Positions 17,266 to 26,749 of a stretch of DNA of 64,000 bases are shown piece after piece. The notes below the pieces were generated by a model. That model was not told the origin of the DNA and searched no databases. It was given only the letters and a program-made list of their open reading frames with translations. Positions within the stretch are counted from its first letter, which is position 1, and each line of letters starts with the position of its first letter. The stretch is from positions 8,160-72,159 of the forward strand of contig JBFRWI010000160.1 of assembly GCA_051439505.1 (NCBI GenBank), written 5' to 3'. This DNA comes from Hormoscilla sp. GTDB lineage: Bacteria > Cyanobacteriota > Cyanobacteriia > Cyanobacteriales > Desertifilaceae. The translations under genes and the position numbers were made by a program.

Positions 17266-18606
17266 ATGACAACATCGACTCGCCGCTATCATATCACCAC
17301 TTTCGGCTGCCAGATGAACAAAGCCGACTCGGAGCGCATGGCAGGTATACTGGAAACCCTGGGCTTTGAGTGGTCAGAAGACCCCAACCAGGCGGAGTTA
17401 ATCCTCTACAACACCTGTACGATTCGGGATAACGCCGAACAAAAGGTATATTCTTACCTAGGGAGACAGGCGAAGCGCAAGCAAGAAGAACCGGGTCTCA
17501 CCCTAGTAGTGGCCGGTTGCGTGGCCCAGCAAGCAGGAGAAGCATTGCTGCGGCGAGTGCCAGAATTAGATTTAGTGATGGGACCGCAACATGCCAACCG
17601 CCTGGACTCCTTATTAGAACAGGTATTTGATGGGAATCAGGTAGTGGCCACAGAACCCATTCACATCATGGAAGATATCACCAAGCCGCGCCGGGATAGC
17701 AAAGTGACAGCTTGGGTAAATGTCATTTATGGCTGCAACGAACGCTGTACATATTGTGTCGTACCCAATGTCCGAGGAGTAGAACAATCTCGGACGCCAG
17801 AAGCAATTCGGGCGGAAATGACAGAAATAGGGCGCAGTGGCTATAAAGAAGTGACCCTGCTGGGACAAAATATCGATGCTTACGGACGGGACTTACCAGG
17901 GGTGACGGCGGAGGGGCGTCACAAGCATACCTTTACAGACTTGCTGTACTTCGTACATGACGTGCCCGGAATCGATCGCATCCGTTTTGCCACTAGCCAT
18001 CCCCGCTATTTTACCGAAAGATTGATTAAAGCTTGTGCGGAATTGCCCAAAGTCTGCGAACATTTTCATATACCCTTTCAGTCGGGGGATAACGATATCC
18101 TGAAGGCCATGGCCCGGGGTTATACCCATGAGAAATATCGGCGCATTATCGATCGCATTCGGGCCATCATGCCAGATGCGGCAATTACGGCTGATGCGAT
18201 CGTGGGATTTCCCGGGGAGACGGAAGCGCAGTTTGAAAATACGTTACAATTAGTGGAGGATATTGGGTTCGACCAGTTGAATACAGCGGCCTATTCGCCC
18301 CGTCCGGGAACTCCCGCCGCCCTATGGGAAAATCAGGTCGGGGAGGAAGTAAAGGGCGATCGACTGCAACGTCTGAATCATCTAGTGGCGACGAAAGCAG
18401 CAGAACGATCGCAAAGGTATATAAGAAGGATAGAAGAGGTGCTGGTGGAAGATAAAAATCCTAAAAATGAGGGTCAAGTAATGGGAAGGACGAGATCGAA
18501 TCGCCTGACGTTCTGCGAGGGGGACCTGGAGGAATTAAAGGGTCAGCTAGTCAAGGTAAAGATCGCGGAAGTGCGGGCCTTTAGCTTAACGGGTGATCGG
18601 GTTTAG
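17266..18606 (+). CDS. miaB: tRNA (N6-isopentenyl adenosine(37)-C2)-methylthiotransferase
   Basis: [24 protein letters not shown], radical-[16 protein letters not shown]-terminal TRAM domain. Confidence 0.97.
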   Translation: MTTSTRRYHITTFGCQMNKADSERMAGILETLGFEWSEDPNQAELILYNTCTIRDNAEQKVYSYLGRQAKRKQEEPGLTLVVAGCVAQQAGEALLRRVPELDLVMGPQHANRLDSLLEQVFDGNQVVATEPIHIMEDITKPRRDSKVTAWVNVIYGCNERCTYCVVPNVRGVEQSRTPEAIRAEMTEIGRSGYKEVTLLGQNIDAYGRDLPGVTAEGRHKHTFTDLLYFVHDVPGIDRIRFATSHPRYFTERLIKACAELPKVCEHFHIPFQSGDNDILKAMARGYTHEKYRRIIDRIRAIMPDAAITADAIVGFPGETEAQFENTLQLVEDIGFDQLNTAAYSPRPGTPAALWENQVGEEVKGDRLQRLNHLVATKAAERSQRYIRRIEEVLVEDKNPKNEGQVMGRTRSNRLTFCEGDLEELKGQLVKVKIAEVRAFSLTGDRV

Positions 18607-18840
18607 CGTTTGCAGGTTAGTAGTAAACGCGAAGCGCGTTTGCCGTTCGTAGTAAACGGGAAGCGCGTTTGCAGGTTTGAGGTACCAAGATCGTTTTGCT
18701 GAACATCTAATCTGACATCAGGATTGATGTTGATCAATTGTTAAAAGAAAAACCAGAAAATCATCCCAAAGAAAAGATTAAATGAGGTGGTAGTCCAGAA
18801 AGAACGTGATAGCATAGAGGTAGTCAGAGAAAGAGGAGGA

Positions 18841-19905
18841 ATGATGGAGAAACTGCGAGTAGGGCTGCTGTTTGGCGGTAGTTCGGGAGAACATGAAGTA
18901 TCAATAGTCTCGGCAAGGGCGATCGCCAGTGCCATATCAGGCTCGGAAAACAGCAGCAAGTACGAACTATGGCCAGTATACATCCAAAAGGATGGCATCT
19001 GGCAAGCAGGAGAACGGGCCCAGCAGGTGCTAGAATCGGGAAAACCAGACTCACGTGAGGAGGCGGGAAATCTGTGGGAATTTCCTCCGGGCATGGAAAA
19101 AATAGATGTCTGGTTTCCCATCCTCCACGGTCCCAATGGGGAAGATGGCACGGTGCAGGGCTTGCTAAAATTAATGCAAGTTCCCCGTGTGGGGACGGGG
19201 GTGCTGGGTTCGGCCATGGGCATGGATAAAATTGCTACGAAAATGATATTTGCCCAAGCAGGCTTGCCCCAGGTAAAGTATATAGCAGTTAATCGCGCCG
19301 AGATCTGGTCCAATCCTTGCGTGTTCCCGAAACTATGCGATCGCCTGGAAGAGGAGTTAGGTTATCCCTGCTTTGTCAAGCCAGCGAATTTAGGGTCGTC
19401 GGTGGGCATTAGTAAGGTGCGATCGCGGGCTGAGTTAGAATCGGCTTTGGATAAAGCCGCCACCTATGACCGACGTATAGTAGTAGAAGCAGGGGTAGTG
19501 GCACGGGAACTGGAATGTGCGGTTTTAGGGAACGATTTTCCCAAAGCATCTGTAGTAGGGGAGATTACTTATAAAAGTGATTTCTATGACTATGAGACAA
19601 AATACACGGCGGGGAAAGCCGACTTATACATACCAGCGCCGGTCCCAGCAGAGATAACTGGAAAAATCCAGGAGATGGCCCTGGAAGCATTTGCAGCTAT
19701 AGACGCAGCGGGTCTGGCAAGGGTAGACTTTTTCTATGTGGAAGCCACGGGGGAGGTGTTCATTAATGAAATCAACACCCTGCCAGGGTTTACGGCCACC
19801 AGCATGTATCCTCAATTATGGGCGCAAACAGGGGTGTCTTTCCCCCAATTGGTAGACCGGTTGATTGAATTGGCCCTGGAACGACATTCCCCAAAAAGCG
19901 AGTAA
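18841..19905 (+). CDS. ddl: D-alanine--D-alanine ligase
   Basis: [60 protein letters not shown] before the ATG. Confidence 0.96.
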   Translation: MMEKLRVGLLFGGSSGEHEVSIVSARAIASAISGSENSSKYELWPVYIQKDGIWQAGERAQQVLESGKPDSREEAGNLWEFPPGMEKIDVWFPILHGPNGEDGTVQGLLKLMQVPRVGTGVLGSAMGMDKIATKMIFAQAGLPQVKYIAVNRAEIWSNPCVFPKLCDRLEEELGYPCFVKPANLGSSVGISKVRSRAELESALDKAATYDRRIVVEAGVVARELECAVLGNDFPKASVVGEITYKSDFYDYETKYTAGKADLYIPAPVPAEITGKIQEMALEAFAAIDAAGLARVDFFYVEATGEVFINEINTLPGFTATSMYPQLWAQTGVSFPQLVDRLIELALERHSPKSE

Positions 19906-19953
19906 AGATATTGGTTCTGGGTGCGCGGGCCAGGAGAAAAAGGAGACAGTTTG

Positions 19954-20829
19954 ATGAACTACCAGCTAGATAAAAAATTAGGACAGCAGCTGATCGGGAT
20001 GCTACTAAAGCAGATCGGGACTAGCCCCCTATTTATTTGGGGCGGGCTGTTGACATTATTATTATCAGTTGCAAGCATAGCCACCCAGGAACTGACGAGT
20101 CCAGGGCCCATAGAACCAGTAGAAATTGCGGCATCGCCAGTGCAGTCGTCAGAAGCAGCAACTACTTTAGCGCAGAAAGGCGCAGGGGGTGAGACTCCCA
20201 CTCCAGTACAGAGTAGCACGGCAGCAGTAGAGATTTATCCCCAGGCAGATGAGACCTTGCCTCTCTGGTTGTTTGGCGCGATCGCGATCGGTTGTGCTGG
20301 CGGTTCCTGGTTAATTTCTCAACAAATTAATCGCAAACCAATGCTAGCAGATCCCATTGGTGCTACGGGTAGGCGGCTAAGTCTGGGACAAGTGCGCCAA
20401 CCCCGCCGTCCTACTAGGCCCCAAACAAGTCTAGCCCAGCGGGAGGCGAGGGAGTCTGGCAGAGTAATGTCCAGAATGGGGCGATCGCGCGCAGCTTCCG
20501 TCGCCAGGGTTCCGCAGCAGACAAGCAGGTCTCGGACGACCCCAGAAGTTTCGCGGGCGACAATTAGAGGGCGATCGGACATGACGGGGCAATTACAGCA
20601 AGCACACCGTTCCGGAAAAATCAGAACTCGCGGACCACAAAAACAGGAGGTACAGATGCAGAGGACTTTGCCCAAAAAGCAAAGCCAAAATGTTGTGGTG
20701 CCCGGGATGGAGATTTATAAGGGCGATCGGGCCCTTAGTGGCAAAGAAAAACGAGGGGAAAAAAGTCTGGCCGAGATGATGGATATTCGCAAACGGGGGT
20801 CGATCGCTTCCGTGGTGCGAAACCTCTAA
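19954..20829 (+). CDS. Hypothetical membrane protein with Arg/Gln-rich tail
   Basis: Two hydrophobic segments; C-terminal SLAEMMDIRKRGSI; long ORF co-oriented with ddl. Confidence 0.65.
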   Translation: MNYQLDKKLGQQLIGMLLKQIGTSPLFIWGGLLTLLLSVASIATQELTSPGPIEPVEIAASPVQSSEAATTLAQKGAGGETPTPVQSSTAAVEIYPQADETLPLWLFGAIAIGCAGGSWLISQQINRKPMLADPIGATGRRLSLGQVRQPRRPTRPQTSLAQREARESGRVMSRMGRSRAASVARVPQQTSRSRTTPEVSRATIRGRSDMTGQLQQAHRSGKIRTRGPQKQEVQMQRTLPKKQSQNVVVPGMEIYKGDRALSGKEKRGEKSLAEMMDIRKRGSIASVVRNL

Positions 20830-20834
20830 TTGTT

Positions 20835-21168
20835 GTCGCGACTCATTTCTTCCAGTTCTTCGACCAGCAGTAATGCCCGTCGGTATTTGAGATTCAACAA
20901 TTATTCCATAACCATTTCCCTCCCAGGCTATTGATATTGGATGAAAAAGAATATCGCGATCGGACCGAAACCGGGTTTCTGCGATAATTTTCGCATCCCC
21001 ACCGAGATAGTTAAAGAAACCCGGTTTCAAGGGCTCCCACGGGAACGCCCCCGGTTGCGATCGGACGAGAAAAAAGTCCATGTTCTCCAATCAATGATTA
21101 CAACCAACGCTATCGAGATTTTAATTATAGCCCCATAGGTGAAGGTGGGCGGTGCCCACCCTACAATC
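20835..21168 (-). pseudogene. Degenerate duplicate of the DUF29 locus at 26092-26604
   Basis: 20835-20936 matches 26092-26214 with a 21-bp deletion and a GAA->TAA stop; 21077-21168 matches ~26513-26604. Confidence 0.75.
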
Positions 21169-21207
21169 TTAAGCAGTCCGTATCCCGAATGCAAGTGAGG
21201 ACTCTGA

Positions 21208-21690
21208 AACGATCGCATCTCTGGGCCGATCGCATGTATAAAAGTATCGCATCTCTGGGGCGATCGCATCTGGCCGGGGCACGGCATCATAAAATTAACA
21301 TATTCACCGCAAATTAGCTAACGCCGTGCCCCGGTGGTTGATGGCCGATCGCATGTATTGGACGTGACGGTTGATGGGGCGATCGCATGTCTGGGGCGAT
21401 CGCGTATGGCCGGGGCACGGCGCAAGAAAATTGACTGATTTCGGTGATAATTAACTGATGCCGTGCCCCTACAGGGTGTGACTGTATGGAACGATCGGGT
21501 GTATGGGGCGATCGCCTGGATGGAACAAACGTATCGGGTAGGGGCACGGCATCCGCAAATTAACTGCTTCACCCGACAATTTATGTGACGCCGTGCCCCG
21601 GTGGTTGATGGCCGATCGCATGTTTGGGGCGATGTATTTGGCGATCGCATGTTTGGGGCGATCGCATGTTTGGGGCGATCGCATGTATGG
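21208..21690. repeat. HIP1-rich degenerate repeat tract with GGGGCACGGC/GCCGTGCCCC hairpins
   Basis: Many (tggg)gcgatcgcatgt units and several ggggcacggc...gccgtgcccc inverted repeats. Confidence 0.75.
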
Positions 21691-21691
21691 T

Positions 21692-24600
21692 TTACCTTTC
21701 ATATTCCTGGGCGTGATGTTCGCAGAGCCACAAGTAATGCCCTTCTGGGGTTAACACCTTCCGCAAACCTCCCCAATGCTGCTGGGGGTCTTTTTCATCC
21801 AAAAGTTGGCGCAAGGCTCGCAGCGGGGCCCCCTGGATTCGCTCTGGCCCGAATTCTTCTGCCATACCACCCCTCTCTCTTTCTCGATTTTCTCCGCCCT
21901 CTAGTTGGGGCAAGTTGGCTACTATTTCTTGCATGTATTTTCTATCCTGACTGAGCAGTTTTTCATAAACTTCTGGGTTGCCATAACCTAGAGTCAGACC
22001 TGCTACAGGATGAGCATATTTTAATAATTTTACTAATTTGCGCAGATATGGTGCCATTACTCGAAACCACTCGGCGGGGACTGTTATTTCATAGTCACCG
22101 CCTGACTCTGTCGGATGCCAACAACCGGGCGCTTGACAGTATAGTTGCAATTGCAATTTCTGCCCCTTAATGGCCCGTTTCCAGTTGCTCGCTTCTTGGG
22201 GACGCAGCACAAATATATTCGGACAATGGGATTCTATTTTCTCTTGTTCCAGCCGGAAAGCATTGGTGAATTCTCGTTGTATTAGTTTGAGCATCTCTAT
22301 TTGCATGGCGAGAATGTCGTGCTGTCCCTTGGTTAATTGCTCGATGTGGGATAAGATGAGATCCCCCCCAGCCCCCCTTACGAAGGGGGGAGCATGAAAC
22401 CCCCCCCTTCCTAAGGGGGGTTGGGGGGGATCTTCCGTCTCCCCCCTTCCTAAGGGGGGCTGGGGGGGATCCTTCGTTGGGTTCAGGTCTAAGCCTAACA
22501 AGAGTTTTATTACTGAGATATCTTCTAAGCAGGCCGGACATTCTATGGTATGCTTGTTTTTCTCATACCGTTTCTCTAATTGCTGGTAGTCGAATTCGTG
22601 GCGGCAGGGTTGACTGTCGCCACAGGGACAGGGTATTGTACGTTTTATCTCTAATCCGGGAAATCGTGCTAGGGTTACCTCGATGCCGTCTTTGAGCAGG
22701 GCGAAGAAGTTCTGGGGGTTGGCTCCTCGGACGATTAATTGGAGTTCGTGCTGATGGGGAAATGCCTGCACTAAGGCGAGATGTTTGGGTGCTGTTGGTT
22801 CGTCGGCCAGCAGGGCTCCTTTGCGCCAGTGGATGCCTGTAGAAAAACGGTGTTGACGGGCTATAGACCAAGTGGGAATGCCTGCGGGCAGGGTATTCAT
22901 CTTCCATTTCACGGACATTTCATTGCAGTTGTTCCTGGTTTTGATGGCGTCCCATTTGTCTTGGTATTTGGGGGGAGACAGGGGCAAGCGTTCGACTACC
23001 AGACTGACATCGGAGGTCTCAAATTCGGTGCGAATGCGGTAGGATAGGTCAAATCTCTCCATCAGGCGCAGGAAATGTTCGCTTATTGATGGTTCTATGT
23101 CTGCCCAGAGTTGTGCCATGTGGGGGCGGGTGAATATGCCGGAACGGTGTTGGACTTCTTGACTTTCTAATACTTTGCTGATCTGTTCTGTCACCCATTG
23201 GGGCTTGAGGATGACGATGTTTTGCAGTTCGGGGTGGTCCTGGAAGTAGAGTATGTCCCCTAGTTCGTGCAGCCATTGGGCGAGGACTGACTGACTGTCG
23301 TCCGATACTTTGTGGGCTGTCATGATGTAGTTTAATTGTCCCAGGGTGATGTATTCTCGGGAATGCTTGCGGATGGCTTTGGCTGCATTCAGCCAAGTTA
23401 GGGGCCAAGTTTCTCCCATTAAGGGCATTTGGGCAGCGGTGTCGGCTATTAATTGTCTCAGGGTATCGATGCCCGCGCCGGTGCGGCTGCTGATGGCGCA
23501 ATGTCCTTTTATTTGGGGATATTGTTGGCGTAAGTCGCTCTCTGGAAGGTCGGGGGAACGCTCGTCGATGTGGGTGGCGACGAGTAAAATGGGTGAGTTG
23601 GGTGCAACTGCTTTGATGGTGTTGAGCCAATAGTAGAGTTGACTTGGTTCAAAGCCCAGTCGCGCATTCCAGGCGAGGAGAAACAGGGAGCGGTTGGAGA
23701 GAAAGAATTGATGGGTGGCGTGATAGATTTGTTGTCCGCCAAAGTCCCAGGCGTTCAGTTGCATGGTGACAGGCTGTTTCTCCTGACGATTTCGCCCTTT
23801 TCGTTCAAATAGTCCGAACAACTTCTTAGTCTTGCCAGGTATCGTGAGTTCTAATGTCTCTGTAGGATGGGTGAATTTCAGGGTGCGGATGGCAATGCCG
23901 TGGGTGGTTGATTCCTGGGGGTTGAAGGGTTCGCCTCTGAGGGCGCGTAATAAGGATGTCTTGCCAACTCCGCCTTCGCCTACGACTATGAGTTTGGAAA
24001 CCCATTGGGGTTGTTTTGCTGGTAGCTGTGATCGCAGATAGGCGAATACTGTTTCTATGCCTTGGTATAGAAGCTCTGGCGGGGGCGAGGTTAGGGGATT
24101 ATGGCCCAGGTATAGCCCTTTGGGAGTAGAATAAATGTTTGGATTTTTCTTGATATCTAGTCTTCTCAGATTGCGCAGTTGACCGATTTCAGGTGGCAGC
24201 GCCGTTAGTTTATTATTGTGGAGGTTTAGCTGTGTCAGATTGCACAGTTGACCGATTTCAGGTGGCAGCGCCTTTAAGAGATTATTGTAGAGGTATAGCT
24301 GTGTCAGATTGCGCAGTTGACCGATTTCAGGTGGCAGCGCCGTTAGTTGATTATCACGGAGGTTTAGCTGTGTCAGATTGTGCAGTTGACCGATTTCAGG
24401 TGGCAGCGCCGTTAGTTTATTATTACTGAGGTTTAGCTGTGTCAGATTGTGTAGTTGACCGATTTCAGGTGGCAGCGCCGTTAGTTGATTATCACTGAGG
24501 TATAGCTGTGTCAGATTGTGCAGTTGACCGATTTCAGGTGGCAGCGCCGTTAGTTTATTCTTCCAAAGGATTAGCCTTGTCAGATTAGTCAGTTGACCGA

Positions 24601-24769
24601 TTTCAGGTGGCAGGGCTGTTAGTTTATTCCCGTTGAGGTTTAGCTGTGTCAGATTGCGCAGTTGTCCAATTTCAGGTGGCAGCAAACTTAACCATTCCGA
24701 TAAGTCAAGGGATGTTACCCTATCCTTGGCTGCTTTTTCAATAATTCGGAGCAGTTCTTCGTTAGTCAT
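21692..24769 (-). CDS. Roco protein (LRR - Roc GTPase - COR)
   Basis: About 8 LTALPPEIGQLxNLTxLxLxxN repeats; GEGGVGKTSL (G1), TTHGI (G2), WDFGGQ (G3), VATHID (G4); COR LHELGDILYF..VILKPQWV; C-terminal EGHYLWLCEHH. Confidence 0.93.
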   Translation of the reverse strand: MTNEELLRIIEKAAKDRVTSLDLSEWLSLLPPEIGQLRNLTQLNLNGNKLTALPPEIGQLTNLTRLILWKNKLTALPPEIGQLHNLTQLYLSDNQLTALPPEIGQLHNLTQLNLSNNKLTALPPEIGQLHNLTQLNLRDNQLTALPPEIGQLRNLTQLYLYNNLLKALPPEIGQLCNLTQLNLHNNKLTALPPEIGQLRNLRRLDIKKNPNIYSTPKGLYLGHNPLTSPPPELLYQGIETVFAYLRSQLPAKQPQWVSKLIVVGEGGVGKTSLLRALRGEPFNPQESTTHGIAIRTLKFTHPTETLELTIPGKTKKLFGLFERKGRNRQEKQPVTMQLNAWDFGGQQIYHATHQFFLSNRSLFLLAWNARLGFEPSQLYYWLNTIKAVAPNSPILLVATHIDERSPDLPESDLRQQYPQIKGHCAISSRTGAGIDTLRQLIADTAAQMPLMGETWPLTWLNAAKAIRKHSREYITLGQLNYIMTAHKVSDDSQSVLAQWLHELGDILYFQDHPELQNIVILKPQWVTEQISKVLESQEVQHRSGIFTRPHMAQLWADIEPSISEHFLRLMERFDLSYRIRTEFETSDVSLVVERLPLSPPKYQDKWDAIKTRNNCNEMSVKWKMNTLPAGIPTWSIARQHRFSTGIHWRKGALLADEPTAPKHLALVQAFPHQHELQLIVRGANPQNFFALLKDGIEVTLARFPGLEIKRTIPCPCGDSQPCRHEFDYQQLEKRYEKNKHTIECPACLEDISVIKLLLGLDLNPTKDPPQPPLGRGETEDPPQPPLGRGGFHAPPFVRGAGGDLILSHIEQLTKGQHDILAMQIEMLKLIQREFTNAFRLEQEKIESHCPNIFVLRPQEASNWKRAIKGQKLQLQLYCQAPGCWHPTESGGDYEITVPAEWFRVMAPYLRKLVKLLKYAHPVAGLTLGYGNPEVYEKLLSQDRKYMQEIVANLPQLEGGENRERERGGMAEEFGPERIQGAPLRALRQLLDEKDPQQHWGGLRKVLTPEGHYLWLCEHHAQEYER
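22360..22472. repeat. Palindromic GATCCCCCCCA(G/A)CCCCCCTTA(G/C)GAAGGGGGG repeats inserted in frame in the Roco gene
   Basis: Three units, one inverted; translate as DPPQPPLGRGETEDPPQPPLGRGGFHAPPFVRGAGGD. Confidence 0.8.
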
Positions 24770-25204
24770 CAGTAAACCTCACTGTAGATAAGTATGGTCT
24801 GTGCCTCACATCCCGACGGGCGATCCGATCGCATGGCCCCCGCCCCCGGGGTTTGGTCATCATCCATGATAGCGAACGGATGTGGGGTTAGGGGAGGTAG
24901 ATGGGCTCACATGGGTATGATTTTAAGTTTCAGCTCTCTCGCGATAAGCTCCATTATACCCACGCTGCGCGAAAAATCGCGCGATGCCAGAAACACGGGT
25001 TATCCTCTCAATCCTGGTTTCTTATCCGCAACATTCCCCCCCCCGATCGGGAATAATACAAGCAATCTAATATCATCGGGCACGTTAATCTCATATAATC
25101 TGAAGATAAATTTTCACCCAGGTATATTATCAGATTCATGGTCCGATCGGGCGGAGTAGTTAGCCCGCTGAAGGTTCAAACACCATGTTGGCTTCGTTGT
25201 TAGC

Positions 25205-25569
25205 CCGCCGGGGGTTCAAACCCCCGGCTAATAGCTAAAGTCGGTTGAAACCGACTAGGAAAATTGTAGCATTGGGGGCGTGAGAGAAAGATCCATTGGG
25301 GGTGTGAGGAATTGATTTTTCCAGATCGCGCGATGCCATCAACCCGGTTTATTATCCCCCGCCGCATTCCCCGATCGCGAATTAATACAATAAATATAAT
25401 CATCGGGCATCTTAATCTCATCTAATCTCAAGATGAAGCCGCGATCGCACGGAACAGGTGGGCGGTGCCCACCTACAATCGATCGCGAAATATCAAAGCT
25501 TAACAAACAATGTTTTCAGTCGGTTTTAACCGACTTTAGCTATTAGCCGGGGGTTTGAACCCCCGGCGG
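25205..25569. repeat. Inverted pair of REP-like family A repeats (REPIN-like arrangement)
   Basis: 25205-25256 and 25518-25569 are near reverse complements; followed by tandem tttgaacccccgatgggctaacaa derivatives. Confidence 0.8.
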
Positions 25570-25755
25570 GCTAACAACGAAGCGAAAAGGGTATTTGAAC
25601 CCCCGATGGGCTAACAACAAAGCCAAAAGGGTATGTATTTGACCCCCCGATGGGCTAACAAAAAAGCCCGATCGCGAAACCTTTTGGTGGGCGGTGCCCA
25701 CCCTACATTATAATAAATTATAGCATAACTGCGAATGGTATTGATGATGTTTTTT

Positions 25756-26193
25756 CTACTCATTGGGAGGGGAGATTAATGTCAAGGCATTTTTGAGAAT
25801 TTCTTTTTTATCGATCGCCTTTTCCAATTCAGCAGTTTCGTATTGGCCTTCAGCCACTTCCAGAGAAGCATGATCTAAGGCCATAGGATAGGCAGTTTCT
25901 AGAACTTGCCGTAACTCTTCTGAACTGAGATAATACCCTTCCATCTGATAGCGCTTATTGCGCTGCTGAATTTCCCGAACGCTATTTCTAATATAGACAT
26001 CCCAGGAACGAGTCGTGCGATTTTCTGCTTGCTGTTTAATCATATATAGCAGCATAATATTAGCATAGCTGCGCAGACTATTAAATTTGTCGTCGCGACT
26101 CATTTCTTCCAGTTCTTCGACCAGCAGTAATGCCCCGGAGACATCTCCTTGCAACAGTCGGTATTTGAGATTCAACAATTCTTCCATAACCAT
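25756..26193 (-). CDS. DUF29 family protein
   Basis: LLVEELEEMSRDDK..LLYMIKQQAENRTTRSWDVYIRNSVREI. Confidence 0.8.
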   Translation of the reverse strand: MVMEELLNLKYRLLQGDVSGALLLVEELEEMSRDDKFNSLRSYANIMLLYMIKQQAENRTTRSWDVYIRNSVREIQQRNKRYQMEGYYLSSEELRQVLETAYPMALDHASLEVAEGQYETAELEKAIDKKEILKNALTLISPPNE

Positions 26194-26229
26194 TTCCCTC
26201 CCAGGCTATTGATAGTATTATCAAGAATG

Positions 26230-26517
26230 TCAAGGAATGATAATTCCCTTGATTTGATCTTTTTCGACCAGCAGACTCGCCAGCATTCGCTGTTCTCCTA
26301 TCCATTCGTCGAAATCTAATGTATGCTGAAATTCATCATTGTTAAATCGATGCAAAAACTCTGCTGTTGATAATTTATATTTAGCTTCAAATTCCTGGAG
26401 GCGCTTTTCCGTTTGCTGGATGCCCTCTTCGGTCGATCGCAATGCCGCTGCCAGGGCCCCCTCGACCAGCGGTCTTAAACTACCTGGATACTTGGATCTT
26501 AGCTTCAGTTCTTCCAT
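26230..26517 (-). CDS. Small hypothetical protein (putative antitoxin-like)
   Basis: RLQEFEAKYKLSTAEFLHRF...LDFDEWIGE pattern of small TA-associated proteins. Confidence 0.65.
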   Translation of the reverse strand: MEELKLRSKYPGSLRPLVEGALAAALRSTEEGIQQTEKRLQEFEAKYKLSTAEFLHRFNNDEFQHTLDFDEWIGEQRMLASLLVEKDQIKGIIIP

Positions 26518-26749
26518 GTTCTCGAATGAATAATTACAACCAACGCTATCTGTATTTTAATTATAGCCCCATAGGTGAAGGTGGGCGGTGCCCACCCTAC
26601 AATCGATCGCCTTCCAAGCTTAACAAACATTTTTTTTAGTCGGTTTTAACCGACTTTAGCCTCGTTACCTGGCTCCCGCCTGGTAACGCGGGGGTTTGAA
26701 CGCCCGGCGGGCTAACAACGAAGCGAAAAGATCGGGCTAGCTGGATAAG

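Noticed and set aside
20593..21090. 165-aa minus-strand ORF
   Set aside because: Built from a repeat element, an out-of-frame DUF29 remnant and antisense of the upstream gene.
21314..21954. Several short ORFs in the HIP1-rich tract
   Set aside because: Products of repetitive DNA or antisense to the Roco gene, with no recognisable domain.
24140..24690. CRISPR-like periodic repeats
   Set aside because: The 69-bp period is the coding LRR repeat of the Roco gene.
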